Shown here: in pieces, positions 9,056-18,540 of the stretch
Layout of the letters: each line of letters opens with the position of its first letter
Numbering within the stretch: position 1 is the stretch's first letter
Assembly (NCBI GenBank): GCA_048941285.1
Contig: JBHLNS010000005.1
Span: forward strand, 1 to 64,000
Length of the DNA: 64,000 nucleotides
Direction: 5' to 3'
From: Promethearchaeota archaeon
Lineage (GTDB): Archaea; Asgardarchaeota; Lokiarchaeia; Sigyniarchaeales; SOKP01
Notes under the pieces: generated by a model
Told to the model about the DNA's origin: nothing
The model's database searches: none
What the model saw: only the letters and a program-made list of their open reading frames with translations
Program-made: the position numbers and the translations under genes

Positions 9056-10142
9056 CTAAATCACTTATCAGCTTTTCTTTTTCAAATGGGATAAATATGT
9101 CATCTAATATTGACCCTGTAGCATCTTTGATTTTTAAGTTTTTAATAATCGGTTCGAATCTTCCTCCTAGAATCCCATTAGCAATGAAAGCAGCTCCTTG
9201 AGCGGCTCTTTTTGCTATTTGACTGAAAGATTTCATTACTCTTACAGGAGCAACATTTTGTAACCCATTAATCATTTTTTCTCTTAAATATGCTAAATTT
9301 GCACCCCTACCAGCTAATAATATCTCTTTAATATTATTTTTATTTGAATATGAAGATGAAATTCCAAAAACGGCTTTTGTTACACTTGATAAATAAGCTT
9401 TTAGCGCAATTTCAGTCTGTTCATCTTTCTCTGCTAAAAGTGTTATCTCTTTTAAACTCATATCAGAGTATCCAGAGATATATGCTACACCACCTTTATA
9501 GATGTTTCTCTTGTGAATATTTTTAATTAAGTAAGCTAATTCTCCATCAAGGCTACCGCATGCACGAAAGCCCATTATATTCGATCCACCAATACCATCA
9601 ATGATTTGACCATTTTCAATTGCTAAGACTGCTGTGAAACCATAACCGATCTCAACCAAAATAAAATTTGTTTCTTGAGGAGTTATATTAAATCTTTCCA
9701 TTTGATCCCTAATTCCTGTAACTGCCGTACAAAGTTTATCAGCGGTTCCCATATCAATTTTATTTATTTTTCGATATTTAGGGACGGTGGATAGATGCTT
9801 AACTCCGGGAACAATAATTCCTGGAATATTTTGAGCTTTTATTAACCTTAAAACCTCCCCAAGCCCAACTAATTTGTCTTTTTCCTTTTGATCAAATTTT
9901 AATAAAGTAAAAAAGATATCTTGTTCTGTCAATTCTTGAACATTTTTTAAAGGAAGCCCAAATCCGCTTGGAGCAACCATTAGATCAATATCCTTTACAG
10001 TTGTAATTATTGTAATAGCTTTTTGTGGATCTTTAATGAGCTCTTTAGTGGATAAAGATGTGTCTAAAATTATTTTATTATCTTCTAAACCAAAGAAATC
10101 CCAACTTTTTGATCCTGGGTCAATACCAAGAACTCTATACAA
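9051..10142 (-). CDS. DUF1464 family ASKHA-fold (butyrate kinase-related) protein
   Basis: GIDPGSKSWD, APSGFGLP, KINKIDMGTADK, GQIIDGIGG, LDGELAY and AAQGAA motifs. Confidence 0.8.
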   Translation of the reverse strand: MYRVLGIDPGSKSWDFFGLEDNKIILDTSLSTKELIKDPQKAITIITTVKDIDLMVAPSGFGLPLKNVQELTEQDIFFTLLKFDQKEKDKLVGLGEVLRLIKAQNIPGIIVPGVKHLSTVPKYRKINKIDMGTADKLCTAVTGIRDQMERFNITPQETNFILVEIGYGFTAVLAIENGQIIDGIGGSNIMGFRACGSLDGELAYLIKNIHKRNIYKGGVAYISGYSDMSLKEITLLAEKDEQTEIALKAYLSSVTKAVFGISSSYSNKNNIKEILLAGRGANLAYLREKMINGLQNVAPVRVMKSFSQIAKRAAQGAAFIANGILGGRFEPIIKNLKIKDATGSILDDIFIPFEKEKLISDLD

Positions 10143-10370
10143 CGATAATCAAATTAAATCTATTAATACATTTTAAAAGATGCTATAATTCTTTTTATAT
10201 TCTATTTTTTTTTAATAATTGCATTTAACTGATTCAATTTTTAGAATTTAACTTAAAACTATAAAAATTGTGTTAATTTTTAATAATTTAATCTAAATTT
10301 GAAATCTTATACTTAAAAGTTTAAAAAGTGAATATGAAAAATTATTAAAAAAAGGTGAAAGGAAATATTT

Positions 10371-10895
10371 GTTAAAGTTTATGTGTGTAAAATATGTGGG
10401 GAAGCTTATATTGGAGAAGAGGCACCTAGTCGATGTCCCTTTTGTGGAGCATATAAAAAATATTTTATAGAATCAACAGAATATGATGATACTGGTGCTT
10501 GGGATGTTGAATTAAATAAAAAAGATAAAGAAAATGCTGAGAAAGCTTTAGAAGTTGAGATATCTAACAATATTTTTTATAAATGTGCCAGTAATAAGAC
10601 TCCAGAATTAGATGGTCAGAAGATATTCAAGATTCTTGCGAAGGTAGAAGCTGAACATGCAGCTGTTTGGAAGAAAATATTAAAGTTAGATCAGTTAGAT
10701 TTCCCTAAATATGATAAATGTGCAGCAGAATACAAACCTAATCTAGAAGAATCACATAGTAGAGAGGATAGAGCTATAAAGTTCTATGGGAAAGCTGCTG
10801 CTGAAGCTAAAAATCCACGTGTAAAGGAGATATTTGAAGCCTTTGTAGAGGTCGAGACAGACCATCTTCATCTCTCTGAAGCAAGGCTTAAATAA
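10371..10895 (+). CDS. Reverse rubrerythrin (N-terminal rubredoxin, C-terminal ferritin-like domain)
   Basis: CKICG...CPFCGA followed by ExxH diiron motifs (EAEH, ETDH). Start uncertain (GTT 10371 or GTG 10383). Confidence 0.85.
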   Translation, partial: VKVYVCKICGEAYIGEEAPSRCPFCGAYKKYFIESTEYDDTGAWDVELNKKDKENAEKALEVEISNNIFYKCASNKTPELDGQKIFKILAKVEAEHAAVWKKILKLDQLDFPKYDKCAAEYKPNLEESHSREDRAIKFYGKAAAEAKNPRVKEIFEAFVEVETDHLHLSEARLK

Positions 10896-10900
10896 ATTAG

Positions 10901-10927
10901 TATTTTTTATTTTTCTTTTTTTTTTTT
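10901..10927 (+). terminator. Poly-T archaeal terminator
   Basis: Long T-tracts directly after the rubrerythrin stop codon. Confidence 0.55.
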
Positions 10928-11065
10928 AATTAGGGAAATTTGTTGCAAAGGGATTTTTATATTCAAACATCTCTTGTTTCACATCTTACAGATAAGAAAT
11001 AAAAATTGAAAAACTTATTACAAATTTAATTTTTACTATATTAATTTAATTTAGAGCTATTTAAT

Positions 11066-12574
11066 ATGAACCAAAGACCAAACATCATTTATATCCTGAA
11101 TGATCACCAAGCTTTTTATGGCCATGGTAAAATGGTTGGAGGTCCAAAAATTCATAGACCAAACTTCGGAAAATTAGCAAAAGAAGGTATAGAATTTACC
11201 CAAGCATATACTGCTTGTCCATTATGTGGACCAGCAAGGAGAACTATGCTTACAGGGTTATTTCCTCATAATCATGGTGAAATTCATAATGAGACAAACC
11301 ATAAATACGATAAGGAAGTATATTTAAATATTCTTGCAGATGCAGGATATAAAAATTATTATTTTGGAAAATGGCATGCAGGAAGGGGTAGTGCCCTAGA
11401 ATTTCAATGTGAAGGATATAGTAGCGGTTCTAGATATGGAAATCCATATGTTTCACGTGAATATAGAAATTATTTAAAAAAGTATAATCTTCCCTTTATC
11501 CAAGTAAAAATTGAAAAGAATTTTTTAGGTTCTGATCATCCCTATACAAAAGCTCTTGGAATACAAGAAGGTGAACTTCACAATCCTAAATTTCCTATAT
11601 TATCACAAGAAACTACAGGGATAATGACTACGCCTAAAGAAACTCATGAAGCTTTTTTTTTAGCTTCGCTAGCCTGCAAAAAGCTACAAGAAATTGCAAA
11701 AAGCAAAAAATCAAAACCATTCCATTTACGCTTAGATTTTTGGGGACCTCATTTCCCATATTTTGCAACTCAAGAATATTTAGATTTATATAATCCAAAA
11801 GATATCCCAGAACTTCCTAGTTTTAGGAATAGTTTACAAGATAAGCCAAATATATATAAATTAAGCCATCATTATCCCATAAGTGAAAATGGTAAATTAT
11901 TATATCCAAATCCACTACCTTGGACAGAATGGCAAAAAGTATTAGCACTAAATTATGCTCAACAAACTCTAATTGATGAAGCCGGTGGAATGGTTCTTAA
12001 TACATTAGAAGAGTTAGGTTTATTGGACAACACAATCATTATTTGGGCTAGTGATCACGGTGATGCGGTTGGATGTCATGGTGGTCATTTTGATAAAGAT
12101 AGTTTTATGCCTCAAGAAATGATACGTATAGCAATGGTTATTAGTTATCCTGATCACATTCCTAAGAGTGAAAATTGTGATAAACTTGTTAGCAATCTTG
12201 ATTTAGCTCCCACATTTCTGGATGCTGCGGGATTGAATTTTAATGAGAATATTGATGGGGAAAGTTTAATACCAATATGTACAGAAAAAGATGTTCTATG
12301 GCGTGATGATTTAATGTGTGAAACCCATGGCCATTGGACTAATCATATAGGACGGTTAGTTGTAACAAATAGATATAAATACATTTTTAATGATGAGGAT
12401 ATGGACGAATTATATGATTTGAAAGAAGATCCATTTGAGTTAAAGAATCTGATTAATATTAAAGAATATAAAGATGTATCTAATGATATGAACCGACGTC
12501 TAAAGAACTGGCGTCAAAAAACGGGAGATAATATAGGAAAAAATTTGATAAAAGGCAAAAAACTGATGAAATAG
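11066..12574 (+). CDS. Cys-type (formylglycine-dependent) sulfatase
   Basis: PNII.ILND, CGPARRTMLTG (CxPxR), GKWH, PH.PY, SDHGD and ELYDLKEDP.E motifs. No obvious signal peptide. Confidence 0.92.
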   Translation: MNQRPNIIYILNDHQAFYGHGKMVGGPKIHRPNFGKLAKEGIEFTQAYTACPLCGPARRTMLTGLFPHNHGEIHNETNHKYDKEVYLNILADAGYKNYYFGKWHAGRGSALEFQCEGYSSGSRYGNPYVSREYRNYLKKYNLPFIQVKIEKNFLGSDHPYTKALGIQEGELHNPKFPILSQETTGIMTTPKETHEAFFLASLACKKLQEIAKSKKSKPFHLRLDFWGPHFPYFATQEYLDLYNPKDIPELPSFRNSLQDKPNIYKLSHHYPISENGKLLYPNPLPWTEWQKVLALNYAQQTLIDEAGGMVLNTLEELGLLDNTIIIWASDHGDAVGCHGGHFDKDSFMPQEMIRIAMVISYPDHIPKSENCDKLVSNLDLAPTFLDAAGLNFNENIDGESLIPICTEKDVLWRDDLMCETHGHWTNHIGRLVVTNRYKYIFNDEDMDELYDLKEDPFELKNLINIKEYKDVSNDMNRRLKNWRQKTGDNIGKNLIKGKKLMK

Positions 12575-12920
12575 GTTTTTTTTCATAAGATTTCTTAGAT
12601 AATCCAATATTCCTACATTTTAACTAGTATTAAAGATAGACGAAAACCGTCTAATCCTCTATAATTTTATGAGTTGCATGGTAAAAAGTTGAAAAAAATG
12701 AGAGAAAAAGATAAAAAATATTTAGAAAGGTATTAAACCTAATTTTTAATATTTTCTTTTATTTTATTAATTTATATTTTCATTTTAAAAGAAATTATTA
12801 TTAAGAATAAGTTAAAATTATAAAGCTTTAATTGTTTTAAATAAAATTAAAAGAAGAGCTCTTGAATTAATAAGAGATCTAATATTATATAATATTAATA
12901 ACATTGTATGGTATATAAGA

Positions 12921-15428
12921 ATGAGTAAAATTAATGGAAACATTAGTGATCATAAAAGAGGACCTAAATTTCCTATTGCTAAACCTCACAACCTTTCTCC
13001 TCGTTCTCAATGGCTTAGAGATTATTACTTTAAAGGAGTAGAGCGAGAATGGAATAATCAATATATGCCATTTACTACTGGGACAGACTGGGATCTAATT
13101 TTTGAGGAAGGCAATATGTATATTGTTCCTGAATCTTATTTATATTTGGGAATAAAGGGTAAGGGAACAATAGAAAGCTCAATGAGATCTATGGCTCTGA
13201 CTATCGAATTACCTGAGGGGTTTTGGGAATTATCCCTTCCAGAACGTAGAATTATTTTTTTTGAAAGAGCGATATTAGATTATATTCCACAAGAGATTAT
13301 TTCTGAGAATGATCTAATAGCAGGTGGAAGATTTCAAACACAATTAAGTAAATGTTTTACTGAAAAAGAAGCTAAGAAATTTTGGAAAGAAAATTTAAAG
13401 ATTCGAAGAGCTATCTTTAAATTCCATAACTCTGGTTTCGGAAATTTAGGCGCTGTTGGTGGACATCTCATTCCTGATTATGAGACAATAATAAAAAAAG
13501 GGTTTAAATTTGTACATGAAAAAGCTAAAAAAACATACGAACAACTAAGCCAAAAAGAAAAAAGAAGTCTTAAAGGTCAAGAACTCAGAGCAATGATGAG
13601 AGCAGCAGAAATCCCTAAAAAATTAGCACAAAAATATGCTGAAGAATGCAGAAATTTGATAGGAGAAGCATCATCTCCGGAAAGAGTAAAGGAGCTTCAA
13701 CAAATGGCTCAAAACTTGGAACGTGTTCCTTGGGAGCCAGCTGAAACATTTTGGCAAGGAGTTCAATCATTATGGTTGATTCATATGTTAACTATTTCAG
13801 AAGAGTCATATCCGGGTGCAGGAACATCCTTTGGTAGAACTGATCAATATTTATGGCCTTTATATAAAAAAGATGTTATTGAGGAGAACAATATTACAAA
13901 GGATTTTGCAAAAGATATTTTGGGCTGTTTTTGGTTTCATTGTAATACTATTTATGATGCTCAAATAATGGTTGGAAGGCAAGGGATCACATCTGGTTTT
14001 GGTCAATTAATGACTTTATCTGGTTGTGGTCTGCATGGAGAAGATCTTACAAACGAATTAACGTATACAATTTTAGAAGTTATTGATGAATGGTCTCCGA
14101 TTCTAGAACCTAAGCCAAATGTTCGTTTGCATAGAAATTCTCCTGAAAAGCTCTTAAATATAATAATAGAAATGATATCGAGGTCTCAAGGTGCTCCATT
14201 TTTAATTAATTTTGATGAAAGAGCTATAGCGGGATTACTTAGAGAAGGTATTCCAAAAGAGGATGCTTGGAATTATGCCTGTGTTGGGTGTTTAGAAAAT
14301 ACAATGCAGGGAAACGATCGTTCAGGTACAGTAAATTGTAATCCAAACTTAGCCAAGAGTATTGAACTGACATTGTGGAATGGGAAAAATATGCCTGGGA
14401 ACTTTAAGAAACCATGGACAAAGAAGGGAGAACAGATAGGCCCCAAATTTGGAGATCCTGAAACCTTTGCATCATGGGATGAGTTCTGGAATGCTTGGAA
14501 AACCCAAATTAAACATATTATAAAATATACAGTATCCATATACAATATGTCTGAAAATTTTCGCTCAAATTACATTCCAACTCCATATGTATCGACTTTG
14601 GTTCAAGGATGTATTGAAAAGGGTTTGGATGTAAGAAATGGAGGCCCTGAATTACGTTTTATTACAATTGAAGGCGTTGGATTTGCAACAACAGTAGATT
14701 CATTATTAGCTATTAAAAAATTAGTTTTTGAAGATAAGAAATATAATATTTCACAAATCAAAGATGCCCTTCTCAACAATTTTGAAGGAGATAAATATGC
14801 AGTCATGCAATCAGTATTAAAAAATAAAGCTCCAAAATATGGAAATGATGAAGATGATTCAGATGAGATGGCTAGAAAAGTAATGGAAATATGGGCTGAA
14901 GAAACCTGGAAATACAAAACGCCTACAAATTTTCAATTTCGACCAGGGATGCTATCTTGGAACTATTGGGCTGGAGCTGATGCAGGTCTTACAGTTGCAA
15001 CTCCAAATGGTAGAAAGTCTGGAACATTTTTGTCAAATGCAATTTGTCCTAGTGATGGAGTAGACAAAAAGGGTCCTACAGCTGTTACTAATTCGGTTGG
15101 AATTGCAATTGGTGGAAAAAAAGACCAGGGAGAATATAATAATTATCTTCCAAATGGAGCAAGTCATACTATAACATTTAATCCAAGTATTCTTAGAGAT
15201 CCAGAACATAAAGAGAAATTTAAATCATATTTAAAAGGATATACAGAGAATGGTGGGACTTGTTTACAAGTAAATATGTTAGATGTAGATTTACTTAAAG
15301 ATGCTCAAAAACATCCGGAAAATTATCCAAATTTATTAGTTAGAGTAACAGGTTATAATGCCTACTTTACAGCAATAGGAAAAGAACTTCAAGATGAAAT
15401 AATAGCTCGAGAATCCCATAGAATGTAA
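12921..15428 (+). CDS. Glycyl radical enzyme (PFL2-like) of unknown substrate
   Basis: SFGRTDQYL, Cys loop YACVGCLE, PKYGND, ATPNGRK.G, GPTA and the C-terminal glycyl motif LLVRVTGYNAYF. Confidence 0.92.
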   Translation: MSKINGNISDHKRGPKFPIAKPHNLSPRSQWLRDYYFKGVEREWNNQYMPFTTGTDWDLIFEEGNMYIVPESYLYLGIKGKGTIESSMRSMALTIELPEGFWELSLPERRIIFFERAILDYIPQEIISENDLIAGGRFQTQLSKCFTEKEAKKFWKENLKIRRAIFKFHNSGFGNLGAVGGHLIPDYETIIKKGFKFVHEKAKKTYEQLSQKEKRSLKGQELRAMMRAAEIPKKLAQKYAEECRNLIGEASSPERVKELQQMAQNLERVPWEPAETFWQGVQSLWLIHMLTISEESYPGAGTSFGRTDQYLWPLYKKDVIEENNITKDFAKDILGCFWFHCNTIYDAQIMVGRQGITSGFGQLMTLSGCGLHGEDLTNELTYTILEVIDEWSPILEPKPNVRLHRNSPEKLLNIIIEMISRSQGAPFLINFDERAIAGLLREGIPKEDAWNYACVGCLENTMQGNDRSGTVNCNPNLAKSIELTLWNGKNMPGNFKKPWTKKGEQIGPKFGDPETFASWDEFWNAWKTQIKHIIKYTVSIYNMSENFRSNYIPTPYVSTLVQGCIEKGLDVRNGGPELRFITIEGVGFATTVDSLLAIKKLVFEDKKYNISQIKDALLNNFEGDKYAVMQSVLKNKAPKYGNDEDDSDEMARKVMEIWAEETWKYKTPTNFQFRPGMLSWNYWAGADAGLTVATPNGRKSGTFLSNAICPSDGVDKKGPTAVTNSVGIAIGGKKDQGEYNNYLPNGASHTITFNPSILRDPEHKEKFKSYLKGYTENGGTCLQVNMLDVDLLKDAQKHPENYPNLLVRVTGYNAYFTAIGKELQDEIIARESHRM

Positions 15429-15474
15429 ATTTTATTTTCTTTTCTGAATTTGTTTTATATGGTGACTTAATTTA

Positions 15475-16473
15475 ATGATTGATTCAGTTCGGGGATTTAT
15501 CTTTGAAATTCAAAAGATGTCTACTGAAGATGGTTCAGGTATTAGAACTACAGTATTTTTCAAACAATGTCCTTTAAGATGTAGTTGGTGTCATAACCCA
15601 GAATCAATTTTGAAGGAGCCACAATTAGAATGGCTCAAACATAAATGCATAGGGTGTCGAACTTGTATAGATATTTGCACGCAACATTCATTATCATTTA
15701 ATGAAGAAGGATTACAAATTGATAGAAAAAAATGCAATGGGTGCGGAAGATGTGCTGAAGAGTGTCCTAGTACAGCGTTGCATATGTTTGGAGAGTGGTG
15801 GAATTTAGAAGATTTATTCTATGAGATAAATAAAGATAAAATTTATTATACTGAGTCAAATGGTGGCATTACAGTTTCTGGGGGAGAACCGACAGTTCAA
15901 TCTGATTTTATTGTAGAATTTTTCAAGAAATGTAAAAATAATGGCATTTCAACAGCATTAGATACATGTGGATATGCATCAAGAAAAATATATGAGAATT
16001 TATTACCATTTGTGGATCTAATACTTTTAGATATTAAAGAAATTAACAGTGAAAGACATAAAGAGTTTACTGGTGTCGCAAATGATTTGATTTTAGAGAA
16101 TGCTATTTGGATTTCTAAGGACATAAGAAAAAGGAAGAAGGAGATGTGGATTAGAACTCCAATTATCCCAAATTATACTGGTACAGATGAAAATATAAAA
16201 GGTATTGGGGCTTTTATAGTCAATGAATTAGAAAATATTCCTGATCGTTGGGATTTATTAGCTTTCAATAATTTATGTATCACGAAATATGAGAGATTAA
16301 ATATGGTTTGGCCTCTTGAAAATTTCTCATTGATATCCAAGGAAGAAATGGAGCATTTTCTAGAAATTGCAAAATCCACAGGCGTTAGGAACGCAAAGTG
16401 GTCTGGTTTAACAAAAAAAGATAATTATAAGAATAAAGAAAATCATGAAAAATTAAAACCATCAACATGTTAA
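15475..16473 (+). CDS. Glycyl radical enzyme activating enzyme (radical SAM with a ferredoxin insert)
   Basis: DG.GIRTTVF, CPLRCSWCHNPE, two CxxCxxCxxxC motifs, SGGEP and DTCG. Confidence 0.93.
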   Translation: MIDSVRGFIFEIQKMSTEDGSGIRTTVFFKQCPLRCSWCHNPESILKEPQLEWLKHKCIGCRTCIDICTQHSLSFNEEGLQIDRKKCNGCGRCAEECPSTALHMFGEWWNLEDLFYEINKDKIYYTESNGGITVSGGEPTVQSDFIVEFFKKCKNNGISTALDTCGYASRKIYENLLPFVDLILLDIKEINSERHKEFTGVANDLILENAIWISKDIRKRKKEMWIRTPIIPNYTGTDENIKGIGAFIVNELENIPDRWDLLAFNNLCITKYERLNMVWPLENFSLISKEEMEHFLEIAKSTGVRNAKWSGLTKKDNYKNKENHEKLKPSTC

Positions 16474-16519
16474 AACAATTATTATGATATTTATTTAATC
16501 CAAAAAATAGTGTACAAAT

Positions 16520-17404
16520 ATGAGTAGAAAAAAAAATATTGATGATTGGTCATCTGAAGCTTCAGAAGCAGCTATTGAATTCACTCAACCTGGAATGATG
16601 TTGAAATTAATCGGTACTATAGATAACCGAGGATGGCCCCACATTACATTTATTGCTATGAATCGAATCATCAACAAAAAAGAAGTAGTATGGGGTGCTT
16701 TCACTGAAGGAACTAGTAAGAAAAATATTAAGGATAACCCTAAACAAGGAATATTATACATGACCGCGAATATACCGTTTAAATTTCTACAACTTAAAGC
16801 AGATTTCAATCACACTTCAACTGAAGGAGAAGAATTAGAGTTTTTTAACAATTCTGATTTATTTCGATATTTTACATATTATAGGGTTCACACTGCATAT
16901 TATAATAATATTATTGCTTCTTCTCCCGTTAAAGATTTGCCTCTATTTGGTATAGTAAAAGGAATTATAAAAAATATTATAGGAAAAGGTGCTGCAAAGA
17001 CTAAACTTAATGAAAAACGATTAAATGTAATAGGATATGATTTATTTACTGCTACTATTGGTGTACGTGCAATTAGTTATATTGATCCTTCAGATGGCTA
17101 CCCAATTATAATTCCTTGTATTCAACTTCAAGCCGCAGATCATAATAGATTAGTATTCCCTCCTTCAATACTAAAAAATGATTTGTACAAGATTCCGACA
17201 GATTCTAAAGTTGCAGTGTTTGGAATGAATTTTGATTTTGCGAGCCAAGTAGTGAAGGGAACATTCACAGGTTTCAAAAAGTTTAGAGGAATTAAATTTG
17301 GAATTATTGAAATTGAAGAAATCTATAATAGTTCTCCTTTGATTGTAGGTAAAATTTATCCTGAAATTGAGACATTACAAAAGGTAACAAAATTTGATTT
17401 ATAA
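16520..17404 (+). CDS. Pyridoxamine 5'-phosphate oxidase-like (split-barrel) protein, probably two tandem domains
   Basis: Two repeats of a T/Y-I-D-x-x-G-W/Y-P motif, SKKNIKDNPK, and repeated YNN/YNS ends. Confidence 0.6.
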   Translation: MSRKKNIDDWSSEASEAAIEFTQPGMMLKLIGTIDNRGWPHITFIAMNRIINKKEVVWGAFTEGTSKKNIKDNPKQGILYMTANIPFKFLQLKADFNHTSTEGEELEFFNNSDLFRYFTYYRVHTAYYNNIIASSPVKDLPLFGIVKGIIKNIIGKGAAKTKLNEKRLNVIGYDLFTATIGVRAISYIDPSDGYPIIIPCIQLQAADHNRLVFPPSILKNDLYKIPTDSKVAVFGMNFDFASQVVKGTFTGFKKFRGIKFGIIEIEEIYNSSPLIVGKIYPEIETLQKVTKFDL

Positions 17405-17443
17405 ATTCAAAAGATAAAAATGGAAAATTAAGCATATATACTT

Positions 17444-18154
17444 TTGACAAATCTTATGTCTTTTATTCCAAAAGATTTTGGTCTGAAGAGAGATTATTTG
17501 TATGAAATTATAGCTACAACGTATTCCATCACTAATGATGGATTAGAAATTAAGCCTAATACTTCTTGTATGGGGATTAGAGTGTTAGAAGGGCAGCAAA
17601 TACAAATGACACCTTTCTATAGCACTACTACTTATAAAAATTTGAGAGAAAATAGTATTATTGCCATTAATTTTGTTGATGATGTGTATTTATACGCGTT
17701 AGCTGCACTAAAAGAAAAAGAATCTCCAATAGGATTAATTGAATTTCCTTCAGAATTTTATGATTTCATACATTTGAAATCTCGTTCGATGGATGTGCCT
17801 TTTATAAAGAAAGCTTGGGGAATTTTAATAGGAGAAGTGTTAAAAGAACTTCAAAAATCTAAAAAAAGTAATTTAGGAGAAATCATTATTCCGATCTTTA
17901 AATTAAACATTATTTTTGCTGAGAAATTTCAAGAATCTCATAAATTATTAAATCGAGCAGAAAATCTAGCTTTAGAAGCTATAATTTTAACAACTCGTTT
18001 AAAGGTTGCAAAAGAAAACAATAATCCTACTTTATTTTCTAAAATCTATGAAAAAATATTAGATTATATAGATATGATTAAACGATTTGGAAAGAATGAA
18101 AATGCATTAAAAGCTATAGAATTAGTTAATAATTATATTCTTCATTTTTCATGA
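17444..18154 (+). CDS. DUF447 family protein
   Basis: YEIIATT, PN...MGI, STTYKNL and NRA.NLALEA.I..TR motifs. Confidence 0.75.
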   Translation: MTNLMSFIPKDFGLKRDYLYEIIATTYSITNDGLEIKPNTSCMGIRVLEGQQIQMTPFYSTTTYKNLRENSIIAINFVDDVYLYALAALKEKESPIGLIEFPSEFYDFIHLKSRSMDVPFIKKAWGILIGEVLKELQKSKKSNLGEIIIPIFKLNIIFAEKFQESHKLLNRAENLALEAIILTTRLKVAKENNNPTLFSKIYEKILDYIDMIKRFGKNENALKAIELVNNYILHFS

Positions 18155-18534
18155 ATCTTTTCAATAAACATAAGTGGATATTCTAATTGATCCACCCATT
18201 CTACTTTGGCTACTACATGTATTGATTTGTATTCAATAACAACCTCAGCTCGGATCATTTTTCCATTTATTTCATCATAATCGTATTCAGATTCTTTAGT
18301 TCCAGAAATTTTTTCCCGATCTAAATGAATTCTAACAGACTTTACATAAGGTTGACAGGAAATGGCGGATTCAATACCTTTTTCTAGAGATGCAATTATT
18401 CTTTCATTATTTCTAATAGGGATTCCGCTAAGAATATGATACAATGCGCCTAATTTAATACCCGTTTCAAAACAAGCTCTTTCTCTTTCGCTTAAATCAG
18501 ATGAAAAATAAATTCTATCATTGGGTGTAGGCAT
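18142..18534 (-). CDS. mptD: Archaeal dihydroneopterin aldolase
   Basis: RERACFETGIKLGALYH, IESAISCQPYV and LEYPLMF motifs. Confidence 0.88.
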   Translation of the reverse strand: MPTPNDRIYFSSDLSERERACFETGIKLGALYHILSGIPIRNNERIIASLEKGIESAISCQPYVKSVRIHLDREKISGTKESEYDYDEINGKMIRAEVVIEYKSIHVVAKVEWVDQLEYPLMFIEKIHEK

Positions 18535-18540
18535 TTATAG

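Noticed and set aside
12637-12653. Hairpin TAGACG-AAAAC-CGTCTA after the sulfatase, considered as a SECIS or ncRNA
   Set aside because: The stem is only 6 bp, and I found no in-frame TGA selenoprotein candidate nearby.
12921-15428. Calling the GRE pyruvate formate-lyase, or choline TMA-lyase because of the upstream sulfatase
   Set aside because: It lacks the adjacent Cys-Cys of PFL and the GCVEP context of CutC; the substrate cannot be assigned by eye.
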